This document shows, in pieces, positions 12,641 to 23,329 of a stretch of DNA of 64,000 bases. The DNA is taken from the NCBI GenBank assembly GCA_008632985.1, contig QPGO01000006.1:803138-867137 (forward strand), read 5' to 3'. Position 1 is the stretch's first letter. Each line of letters starts with the position of its first letter. Position numbers and translations under genes: made by a program. Source of the DNA: Psammoneis japonica. Lineage: Eukaryota. Below the pieces are notes generated by a model. It did not search any database. It was not told the DNA's origin and saw nothing but the letters and a program-made list of their open reading frames with translations.

Positions 12641-12713
12641 GACGGCCAGACCGCCGGAATTCGCTCGTTTATTTTCTTTTTTTGATTTTTGATTTTGATC
12701 GTTTCTATGCTTC

Positions 12714-14987
12714 ATGCTTCACTGTTCGCGGTGCCTGTATCCAAATGATCCAACTATGGCTAATTCTCGTCCTCCTCCTTTGTCGTCATCAGTGGACGTG
12801 CAATCGGGTCTCCGGTGGCTTCACACCGAGTGTCGTACGGGACAGGTGGACTTTGTCAAGTTGGCGCTCAAGGCTGGAAACGATCCATTGGCTACATGTT
12901 CCCCCGTCAACGCGTCTGCCCTTGCGACTGCAATCGAGTATGACCATCTCGAGGTCACGAGAACGATCTTGGAGCACTTGTTACTAATAGAAGGACAAGA
13001 GTCTACTGGGGAACAAGGACGACGGAGACAACAGAGGACGGGAGACGATAGAGAGTCGTTGAAGACTGCATTTCATGCTTGTTGCTACAACGACCGGGCG
13101 GCTCACGCGAAACTACTTCTTGAAGAATACAGTGTGATCGCTGTGGAGGATACTGATTATGGTCTAGAGCTATCGGCTACGAATGGGTGTAAACAGATGG
13201 TGACTTATCTGCTGGAATTATTCGATGAAAAGCCGTTAGTTGTCCAAACACCTTTTCCGTGGAAGACTGCTACGATTTGTTCGGCTCGGCAAGGACATGC
13301 AGAAGTAGTCTTGCTACTAGTGCAGACCTTACAGATGCGACAAACCGAATGGGACCGGTATGGAATAGGGGATCGCTTCATCCTGTGTGCTGCATCTGGA
13401 CAAAGGCAGCAGTCACAACACTATCTCTCTGCGTTAATGGGTGAGTATTCCGCGGAGAAGGCAGATGAAGTAGTCTCAACCATCAGCAACGGGTTTGCGT
13501 TGAGTGTTTGCTGCGGTCACTCAGATCTGGCAAGATATGTCCTCGATACATGCAAACCATGTGCAATCGACGTCTCGGTGGAGGATAACCTGGCGGCACG
13601 GGCTGCCTCTGTTCTTAATTTGTCTTCCGTTCTGGATGCTATTTTGTCATACCCAACTTACGATCCTGCACCCAAAATGAAATTCGAATCCGCTCCCAAG
13701 TGTAGCAAATTGGTGGATTTGGATCGCTTAGCGGCATCACTGAAGGTTTGGTCAGAGTGTGGGCGTCCATTTCCCAGGTGTCAGGAGCTCTCACAAGATT
13801 TGTTTGTGGACCCGTTTCAATGCTCCGTCTGGTTCATCTGCCATCGCTGGAACTCGGAGATGCATCCCGATCCTGATGGTCAACAAATCAACGCTGTCGT
13901 CGCTTTTCTTTGTTCCCATCGTCGGAAGTATTGTAGTTGCTTCCGCCTCCGCTCCTCTTGCACCATCCACCGGGACTCTGACGTGTCAAAGGAACGCATT
14001 GGAATCTTTTACGACTACATGTCATTGCCTCAAAAGCCTCGCACGCCCGAAGAAAAACGTGTCTTTGCCGATGGCTTGAACGAACTGGACGAAATTGCTA
14101 TGCAAGCTCACTTTCTTGCTATTAGTCCGCTACAGAATGTGGACGAGTTCCTTCATCGCGGATGGTGCTTTGTTGAAGTCTGTCTTGGTCTGGACTTTGG
14201 CAGTGACTTTAAGTTTGTGTGCTTCGCGGGGGAATCGTTTCCAGGCTCGAGAACTCACAGTAGCGAATTCGCTCTCAGAGCTGTTCAATCCAGCAGACAT
14301 GTCAAACATCCCCATATGGCGCACAGCAATCATATTGAAGAACTGTTTCAAAGGAACAACTTCAAGTGCACAAATGACTCAGACCTAAGTACGCTGTCAA
14401 GGCTTCTCCGCGCCCACATTCAGTCAGCGCAAGGACGAAACAGCAAGAGAGTTCAGCATCGGCTTATTGAGAAGCAAATAAATGATCTCCAACAAGCTTT
14501 TGAAAGACATTTGCAGCAGGTGTCGGGATACTCTTTTGAGCAGAAGGTCAAGTTGGCGAGGATCAAGTGCGTGGCTCTCAGCTTTGCGATTTTGCGGCAA
14601 AACCCTAATGATCATGACGTGAGATCCAAACTCGAGAGCACAACCCTTCGTTGGCCCGGCATTTCTGGAGAATTCCTACATGCTTACGATGATCAACTCG
14701 ACTTGCTTGGCCAAGAATGGCGCTGTGTGTATGAGACGGCGTATCCAACGCTAGAGATGTTGTCTTGTCAAGAGAGTGCAAACGCATTTGATGCCGCCAA
14801 GGATAGGCTGGTGATTGCTATCAAGAACTCTTCACCAGATCAACAAATACAATTCATACGACATCTTGTTGCAGAGCTCTTCCCAGAGGGTGCCTTCCAG
14901 TTGATGATTCTTTGTCCACATCTACGGAGAGCATGTAGCGAGCCGTTGCTGCTACAACCCACATCTCTTCAATGCACGACAATGTAA
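12714..14987 (+). CDS. Ankyrin-repeat protein with a HET-like (heterokaryon-incompatibility / TIR-related) domain
   Basis: N-terminal ankyrin-like units: LHTECRTGQVDFVKLAL, ALATAIEYDHLEVTRTILE, SATNGCKQMVTYLLE, SARQGHAEVVLLLV. These are followed by WFICHRW...HPDPDG...IFYDYMSLPQ...FLHRGWCFVE, which matches the HET-family SH.W / D...Q / R.W...E pattern. The ORF is intronless (757 aa). Confidence 0.7.
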   Translation: MLHCSRCLYPNDPTMANSRPPPLSSSVDVQSGLRWLHTECRTGQVDFVKLALKAGNDPLATCSPVNASALATAIEYDHLEVTRTILEHLLLIEGQESTGEQGRRRQQRTGDDRESLKTAFHACCYNDRAAHAKLLLEEYSVIAVEDTDYGLELSATNGCKQMVTYLLELFDEKPLVVQTPFPWKTATICSARQGHAEVVLLLVQTLQMRQTEWDRYGIGDRFILCAASGQRQQSQHYLSALMGEYSAEKADEVVSTISNGFALSVCCGHSDLARYVLDTCKPCAIDVSVEDNLAARAASVLNLSSVLDAILSYPTYDPAPKMKFESAPKCSKLVDLDRLAASLKVWSECGRPFPRCQELSQDLFVDPFQCSVWFICHRWNSEMHPDPDGQQINAVVAFLCSHRRKYCSCFRLRSSCTIHRDSDVSKERIGIFYDYMSLPQKPRTPEEKRVFADGLNELDEIAMQAHFLAISPLQNVDEFLHRGWCFVEVCLGLDFGSDFKFVCFAGESFPGSRTHSSEFALRAVQSSRHVKHPHMAHSNHIEELFQRNNFKCTNDSDLSTLSRLLRAHIQSAQGRNSKRVQHRLIEKQINDLQQAFERHLQQVSGYSFEQKVKLARIKCVALSFAILRQNPNDHDVRSKLESTTLRWPGISGEFLHAYDDQLDLLGQEWRCVYETAYPTLEMLSCQESANAFDAAKDRLVIAIKNSSPDQQIQFIRHLVAELFPEGAFQLMILCPHLRRACSEPLLLQPTSLQCTTM

Positions 14988-15170
14988 TGCATGCGCAGGA
15001 TCAAGGTTCGAAACGCAAAACCTACCGAACGTGGTTTGTTTATTCACTTGCACTCAAAAAACTTCGTAGTTTGATGGATGTCTCTGATGTAGCTCTGCCG
15101 TAATTTCTTAGTACGGGATTGAATCAGGAACGCTTTTCAATCCGCGGAGAGCGGTTCTAAACAGTCCTTT

Positions 15171-16620
15171 CATACCGCAATAACGTGGTTCACCGCTTCA
15201 GTCACGCCCTTCTCCAACTTGGTTATTCCGGTATGAATATGGACTGGAGCAAGTTGAACAGATGGATCGAGGGCAAATCTAGCAAGGTCATTCACCTTCC
15301 ACATGCTCGGATATCTTCGATACACCTTCGTATGATGATGTGGAACGACAAAACCAACTCAGTCGCCGCGGCAGTAACAAAACTTGATGTGGAACCGTTT
15401 ATTGGCGTCTCCAACACGACGTTTAGCTATGTGACCCGTTACTATTCCAAGACTGTCATGCATAATTCTCCTACCCTCATTTCAAACTCTGAAATTTTTG
15501 GAAGAACATTTGCGGATACGGTCCTTACAGCTGTTGGACCAGCAGTTCTCGCGGCAACCCCGATCGGCCCAGTTGCAGGGTTGGCGGCAGTCGTTGCCTA
15601 TGATGCAACCAAAGCAACCATCAACAAAGGTAAAGATAGGCGAAATGCTCGACCGGATGAACGAGGTAGGTTGACCGACTTCTCGGAAGGGCTCGTTGCG
15701 ACTGGAGTCGAAGCTGCTGCAGTGGGTCAACATCAAACGGTGACCGTGGAAGGAATGAAAGCCTATGCCAACGCCAAAGCCAACGAGACGCGAGAATATG
15801 CAGAAGAGAACAGAGCCCGGCTGGGTGCTGCAACCATTGGTGGCACGGTTACTGTTGGCGTGTCTTTTCTTGCTTCGCCTGCTATTGGCGTTCCAGCTGG
15901 GATTGCAGCAGCAGCAGTTACGCACAGGGCTATTGAGATGGATGAAAGAAGGCGCGAGAAGACGCTGGCAGAGAAGAAAGAAGAGTGAATGCCTGAAGCT
16001 CATCTTCGGAATTATACGACGCAACTTAGCAAATAATGATGCTCTCTAGAACGTCACACAAATTTGTGATGAGCTCTGCAGTAATACATCTAAGAGGTCA
16101 GGCCTCAGCGTTTTTTGGCACATTTCCTTGTTTTGCTTTTAGGCTCTTTTCAGAATAGCTAATAGCTTCTTATGCACACATCTCATGCACTGCATGATTG
16201 TCGAGGACGAGAACAGGTGGGACCATGCCCTTGTCGTCATCTATCTAGCGGAAAATGTTATCCCATCTGCCCAATGTAAGCTCAACTCGTTCGACTGTAC
16301 ACTGCCACTTTCCGAAGGTTCCTTCTTTTCGAAAAGTCTCAAATGATATCGAGATGCGGTGTTCCATACCCTTATTTTGATGCAAATTAGACTTTAGCGC
16401 CGCTCACTTCACAGTTCGCGATTTTTCGACAGGTTGAATCTGAAATGTCAGAGTGTAATGCCGAGCTGCAAAACTGAATCCATGTTGGATCTCACGCGCA
16501 AACTGATAGATGCGATAAGTCACCTCATGGACTCATGGAGGATTGAACCTTCTGAGAATGCCGGCACGCGAAACATGCAGTCGTGACAATGCTTTTGGTT
16601 CAAACCGTGCCATGCAATTT
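15171..16620 (+). pseudogene. Partial duplicate (copy 2) of the 941-aa gene C-terminus plus flank; 5'-truncated
   Basis: ORF 15185-15988 is nearly identical to the last ~260 aa of 7696-10521. There is a 12-nt deletion near the junction, and no upstream exons are seen. Confidence 0.85.
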
Positions 16621-16681
16621 GCTCACCAAACAGCAATGTTTTGGGATTCGCGGCAGAACGGCAGATACGGACATAATTACG

Positions 16682-18235
16682 TTACCAATCCAAGAGCGCA
16701 GGCTTTTCCGTTGTGGTAGGGGAGAGAATTAAAACCGCGCGCTTCCCATTCGTAACATAATAGTCACCGCCTAGATTCTTTCTAGGATTTTCAGCCGAGG
16801 ATTCACCAACGCCCTTCACGTATGCAAACCGATTAACGCGACCACACCTAATCAGATCAGTAACAACGTAATCCCTTGCTTCGTCAACATAGGGATCTAT
16901 CTTGTGCGTTGTGCCGGGAAATATAGGAGCAAGATGAACTCCAATATCCCGGCTAACTTGGCCAACCCATACGGGCTTGCCTTCAAACTGCATCGTGCTC
17001 ATCCAGAGCCGTAGGTGAAGACGCTGATTGATGGACCCTCTTGCTCTCTGCAGCGCAAAATCTTGACTTCGTCCATACAAAAATAACGGGCTCACCGGGC
17101 TGTATCTGTATTGCGATCCGAGAACAAACGACTTCCTGTCTTGATGGAGCTCTGTAAGGAAGTTGTTTCTGTTCATCCCAACGTGTGGCAAAAGCGGCCA
17201 GCAGCGTGTTGAAATCTCCAACTACAACCAAATTCACTGGATCTCCCTCTTTGGTTCCGCCGCGATTCGATACCGCACGAGGTTCCAGTTCTAAACGAGT
17301 CTTTAGCACCTCTTCACTGCAATCAACGATCTCATCCTCCGGTATCGTTGGTTCCCTGCCGTCATGGTCAATCCTAGCCATCCGCGGCACTGGAACCGAA
17401 AACACAAACTTCTTCTCATCGAGTGCCGGCTTTGGCTTGATCAGACCAATGGTGACCGTTTTAGTGCCAACATCGAGAGGGGTAAATACAAATCCGCGCT
17501 CGACGGAGCCAGCCTCTACCAAACCCTGAGGAAAGGATTGGGAACAGAAAAATTCATCCATTTTTTGTTTGCGCCACGTGCAGTGACTAATTTCAATGGT
17601 AGGAGGATGGCGAGCGGTAGAAATAGGAGCTGCGATAAAAAGCCCTGAGCGAGGATCGTCTTGAGGCTCTCAAAGTGACACACCATGGCAGCCTCGAGGG
17701 GAGGGTAGTAGTTGGAATCGAGACTTATCCGATCCAAAAACAGCGCACAATCGCCCTTTGAATTGTCCACCTCGATCCAGCAGGGCTGGAGTCCGCGTCG
17801 GGCCATGGACACGCCAAAGAAACGGCGAGATTCCTTCGCTCCAAGGACGGCAACCTTTACCTTGACCCCATCGTCTTTTTTTTCCTCAACTCGAGTTAAA
17901 AAGGATTGAGCGTTTGGATCGGGCTTGTATTGTGTGAGGAATATCTGTTTCATACGTTCCAAAACGCCCCTGTTGGCAATAACATCCTGACCCTCCGTGC
18001 CGTCCTCGGCATCCAATGTGGTTGCGCCTCCCCGAATCAAGAGCGGTTTGTTGTTTTCGGCAATAACTATTGGACCATTCGATTTCGAAGAGGGCATGTT
18101 GTTATTCCTGCGCCACGGTGCCAATTCAGGGCGAGCACGAGACATCATGGGTGGGATGCTATTTGTATGAAAGGCTCGGCAGGGTGACGAAGATGCTGTC
18201 AATAGAATCGATATTAGGCCATGTCGCGAGAACAT
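16682..18235 (-). CDS. LssY C-terminal-domain protein (bacterial-type) with an N-terminal signal/plastid-type presequence; two frameshifts
   Basis: Motifs GDPVNLVVVG, YRYSPVSPLFLYGRSQDFALQRAR..RLHLRLW, WVGQVSRDIGV and TTHKIDPYVDEARD occur across ORFs 17516-18280, 16983-17561 and 16682-17221. The N-terminus reads MFSRHGLISILLTASSSPCRA-F. Confidence 0.7.
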
Positions 18236-19200
18236 GGTGAGAATCTTGCTGGCAGCAAGTAAAGGGCGCTTGCAGAGCACAGCGCAAGGCAGAGGGAATT
18301 CCTACCACGGGCAGGCAGCAGAGAGTACAGATAGAACTTTTGAAGACGCTCGCATCATTTATCTCAAGACGACTGTTCTGATTTCATTCACAGGCATGTC
18401 TCGAGGGCGTCAGCAAGCAAGTGGCTTGCTCTGCTCACTCTGCTTCCAAGGAATTCTTCGTCTCTACGGTATCTGCCGAGTGAGTCAGTGGAACTTTGTC
18501 AACTGCATCGGCGGAGGAGTCGATCGGCAACATTCTGTTTGTTGGCACGATTTCTTTTTCAGGCAGTTGACAATTTCAAATTATTTTTGGCGCGAAAAAG
18601 AGAGTAACGGAAAAATAATGGTTCTTATGTGTTCAAGTATGGGAACTAATGTCAATTGATAAGCTTAAAGAATGGATAGTAACAACTAAATTAACGGATA
18701 GAAAACCTCTAAGATGAAGATACTATTATGTCATTATGGGTTTGACAAAGGAATGTTATACCTTCCTACAGTGTGAAAATCATAAATAACTAAGATCAAC
18801 ATAGCATATTCACGGGATCAAATATTTTTGAAATTTTGCTCTTCCAACATGCCCGCGCGGACGATGACCAACCCGACATATTTGGCGAATATTTGTGTTA
18901 AAACTTATGTATACAACCTTTTGAATATATTTATGAACAACGGATGCTAAATTAAATAGAACCTCATAATTTAATGGTTTAGATATAGTTTTATTAAAAA
19001 CCTTAAGAGATTTACATAAATATTTTTTTGTATCACGTCGACAGAGCGCTTTTTTGAAATTTTGGCAGTTATCGATCGTGTAGAACTCACGTGAAATTTG
19101 GTCTTCACCCTTGCTTTACGTCACACGCCAAGCAGGCCTCACTTTTCCAACGATTCACTTTTCTGACGATCCAACAGAGGCTTACTATTGTTGGTTCACC

Positions 19201-19488
19201 ATGACGAGGGTGGTTGCTGTTCTCACGCTCTTTGCCTGTGCCTTTCTGGCCATGGTTACTCCGGCTCAAGCCAGTTACCAATTGTTGCTTCGCCACAGGA
19301 GAGCCACTGCTGGCCAAGAGGACAAGAGCAACAACAAGATGAACGGCGACGAGGTGGTCCAAGATGTTGTTGGGAGGCACATGATCGACGAGGAAGAAGC
19401 CAGCACTAACCAGAGGATGGTGGAGATTTCCAGGAAGCTTGACGAAGAGGAAGGTCGAACATATCAGAGGATGATGATGTCATACTGA
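19201..19488 (+). CDS. Small secreted protein (95 aa)
   Basis: Clear signal peptide MTRVVAVLTLFACAFLAMVTPAQA, coding-like composition, an RKL motif and a Met-rich C-terminus. Confidence 0.55.
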   Translation: MTRVVAVLTLFACAFLAMVTPAQASYQLLLRHRRATAGQEDKSNNKMNGDEVVQDVVGRHMIDEEEASTNQRMVEISRKLDEEEGRTYQRMMMSY

Positions 19489-20239
19489 TGGTGTATGTTG
19501 TAATGTGAGGTCTGAGAGTCACTCTATCGAGGCGGGGTGTGGTTTCATACGTCACGAGAACGAGAGGTGCCTTGATTGTGCGTTGGGTGGCTGCTGACTA
19601 GTGGAAAACGATGAAAAGGACTAATGTAGTAGGTGTGCTGTGACTAAGCCAATACTCTTTCTCTCTAGCTAGGAGCGTGTCTCTTCTACGGTTGTCTTGT
19701 TTTCACTTACTCCACCTAATGTCGCAAATGATGTTTTCACGATCACAGTATTGTATGATAACCCCGCTACTTTTTGGCAGCTGTTGAGACTGTCATTCAT
19801 TCTTCATCGCCTCTCGACGCTTATGTGACATCTCATTGGGCCTCACTTCAAGTCTTGATGTGAAGGGGCAGCCGCAACGCCACTCTCGCCTCTCGCGAAA
19901 CAATCGATTCTGATATGGTCATACCATCAACACGAAGTGTCACGTACTGACGCGAGCGAGAAACGCAATGCCACTATCCTGTTTAACAACACCGACACTG
20001 TACTGCAGTGCAAGAGATAGTTCAGGAAGGTAGTCTTACTTGTTGTGCTCTACCGCTACTAGTGCTGAGACTATGACTCTGGAGAGGTCTGCCGGGCGCG
20101 GCATACAGTAGCCCAGAAAGACCACAGATGATGATTGTGGACTTGTCTAAAACCGCACTAACGTCTCGTGTCTTCCTACAATCTAAATCTTATATTTTGT
20201 TTGTTGCTCCCTAAGACAATTAGAAATCAGTAAGACACC

Positions 20240-22825
20240 TTAGTCTTCCACTTCTTCAGCCGCCTGTGCTATGGATGCCATATCTGCCGAAGAGACACTG
20301 AATAACGCTGTCGCCCTTCGAACCATTTCAGTTTCCGAAACAACCCTTTCGGGAAGCATGGGGCATTTTTCGATATCGACGCGATCAAACCTCCACATGC
20401 CCAAACACGCGGACGGTTCATCCTCGATGGACCCGTCAGGCTTTTGGATTAAAACTGCCAAATCAACCACTGTAGAAGTAAGGTTTCTCTTTACAATAGC
20501 AGCCATGCTGCGCATCGCCTTGCAAGACATGCAATCCAGCTCCACCTCAACCATGGGATGCATCACGGAGCAATTGCTAATGTCCTCCTCTCCTTTTGCG
20601 GTTACGGAGCGATGCCTTTTGTTCCATCGAACTGGCAAGATCGGACTGGCGATTGTGTATTCACCTTTTGCTGGAGCCAACATTTTCACAATCCGCGATG
20701 CGTCTACCACGGCAGGCAAGAATTTCAAACGTTGGTTGCGATATTCATCAGAGCCATTCAAAAACCGCTTTAGAGCCTTGACATCGTCCGGGTCGTCATC
20801 GTTTTCCACAATGTTTTCAAAGTCGTCAATGTACTCCGGCAAATCAAAGTAGATGAGGACATTTGCCCACTAATTAAGGAAGAGAGCACAGAAGAAAGAT
20901 GTAGAGTACGTTGGTGAAGCGCGTTCGTCAGTCCACACTACAACTTGTCTTTCGACCTTACCTGGAGCATGATATTAACGACCCACGACTTTCTATTTCT
21001 CAGCCCATTTCTGTTTTACGTATCAGAAGAGACGAGAGTTGTGAGAAAGTCATCATGCGCATGGAGACAGCTAAGAAGACTTGATAAAGACCATACATGT
21101 ACAAAACTTACTCGAGAAGGAAAGGATGAGTACCAATATCATCTTGGGCGCCCTCTTCTCCGGTCAAGTAAACATCCATGCCGCGCAGCTTCAAGAGCGG
21201 CTTGACAACACAATCCGCCAAGGTGTCTGCAGTGCATAAACTCAAATCAAAGTTACCCAAGCTATCCTTGACCTCATCTCCTACTTCTTGCTTTTGTTCC
21301 ATTTGTTCCTTTTCTTCTTCCGTCAGAATCGCTTCAATGTCTTTGCGCCGCAGCGTCGGGTCCCTATACATGGATCGCAACAAGGAAGGTGACCTGGAGG
21401 CACTCATATTGCGCTCCCAGTGCTGCTTCTTTCGTCGCGAGTGCTTCAGGTTGGTCCACAGTTGCTTGGTTTTGGAGTGCTCTGGGAAATGAAGATTCCA
21501 ATGAAGCTTTCTCGTGGCTGTTTTCGCAATGGAATGTCTTTCGCGTGGTCGTAAATCACTGCTGGATCGTTCCTTAACTAACAATGGTGCGGCTCCCGGA
21601 GATGATGGTTTGGTGGGTTCCACCGTAATTAAATCGGGTACAGCTTGCTCGGACGACTCGTGGTGAACGCGCTCTAGTTCTCGACCAACCATAAAGGCAG
21701 CCACCATCCACGCAATAGACACTACCATTGGAATTTGATTGGAAACAACCCGTTCCCAATAGACAATGGATGGAATTGCCGCCACCAGAAGGCTTGTCCC
21801 GATAATTATGGTAGAATCGCGCAGCAGAAAAGACGCCACCTTGCCAACACGAATCGCCTCATCATTGGAATCAGTACTAGAGACTCGACTCATTTGACTC
21901 TCTCTGGTGGAAGCTATTTCTTCTTCCAGAGGTGCATTGTCTGAGGCCTCGAAAATTTCAGACTCGTTCTTATCCGTGTCAAATTGAACGCGTGGCTTTT
22001 CCAACTCCTCACTTTCGGACACCTCGTCCGTCAGCGACTTTTTCTTTGTCATCTTCTCTTTTAACTTTTTCATCCCGGCGAATTTCGCGGATAATTCCGA
22101 ATCATCTGACTTTTCAGGTGAAACCCGCAATTCGTCACTTGCGGTCGCATTTTCGTCCGCAAAGGAAGTCTTTTTTGTCACCTTTGCTTTTAAATGTTTG
22201 ATACCCGAGAACTTCTTTGGCAATTCCGACTCTGACTTTTCAGAGTGCGGCTTTTCCAACTCGTCGCTCACCGACGACTCGTCTGTAAAAGACTTTTTCA
22301 TTGTCATTTTTTCTTTTAACTGTTTAATACCCGAGAACTTTTTCTTTGATAATTCCGACTCTGGTTTTTCGTCGCTTTCGGTCGCCTCGTCTCCAAAGGA
22401 ACTCTTCTTTTTCATCTTTGCCTTTAATGTTTTGACGCCCGAGAATTTCTTTGAGAATTCCTGTCATACAATCAACCGCAGCGTGAGTATAAGTTAAGCA
22501 TGTTATTTCCGAAATCGCATCCCATAACCCACAAGTCGAAAGTCGAAGAGTGTTTCTGAAACAGAATCCCACACAACACTTCTGAAAACTGTGAAAAATG
22601 CCACACAAAACAAACCGAAATTGACGCTTCTTGCTTCTGACAGAGAATTCGATTGCAAAAGCTCACCTCGGATACTCTGGAATGCTTCTTTTCGCCATCG
22701 ATCTTGGATGTTGATGGTGCTTCGTTCTCTGTTGTGAACTTTTCTTTTCTCTTGGAGGAGCCTGCCACCAACTTGTTCATCTTTTCCTTTGTGGAATCCG
22801 CTGCATGCTTTACCTTGGACATCAT
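20240..22825 (-). CDS. EDR2-C/DUF1336 domain membrane protein with Lys/Glu/Ser-rich N-terminal repeats; 4 exons
   Basis: Introns at 22666-22461 (GTGAGC..CAG), from 21111 (GTAAGT) and from ~20960 (GTAAGG). The C-terminal exon reads LKRFLNGSDEYRNQRLKFLPAVV...VEVELDC...VVDLAVLIQK..EPSACLGMWRF. Two TM helices lie in exon 2. Confidence 0.7.
21990..22450 (-). repeat. Four imperfect intragenic repeats (consensus KKFSGIKxLKxKMTKKxSFxDE..SDE)
   Basis: Visible in the translation of ORF 21108-22415 and as repeated cccgagaacttt/cccggcgaattt DNA. Confidence 0.8.
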
Positions 22826-23329
22826 TTTATCAGATCCAACTTTCGAAGTACTTGTTGCATCATTACTGTCCTTGACCTACATGCAGTCCCGTCATGGCAA
22901 TAAATTCACGAGACGCACAGTTAGTTCAACTAATACCATAGAAAAACCCGAGTCGTATCAGCGTAAGGAAACTTACATTACTGGCCTTGTCAACTTCTGA
23001 CTCCAAAGAGGGAGAGCCATTTTCAGTATCCATATTAGCGTTGTCCTTTGCTGCCTGACGCTTACGTTATTCGCCGCCGTTGCCTCTTCGTTTTTGTGCA
23101 TCGCATTGCGGCATCACGAACTATGACACTGTAAAGTGTTGGGTCTGCGGTCCGACAAAAATTTACAATCAAATTCTTAGGAGATGAATACTTTTGATTT
23201 GTGGCTGTTTTATTTCATGAACATTTATTTTGTGTATAAAAATATTATTATTTTTAATATGAATATATAAGGTACTGTCGGTTTTCGTTTCCTTCAACTT
23301 CAACGCCGCGTGAGCACAACGATGTTGTG

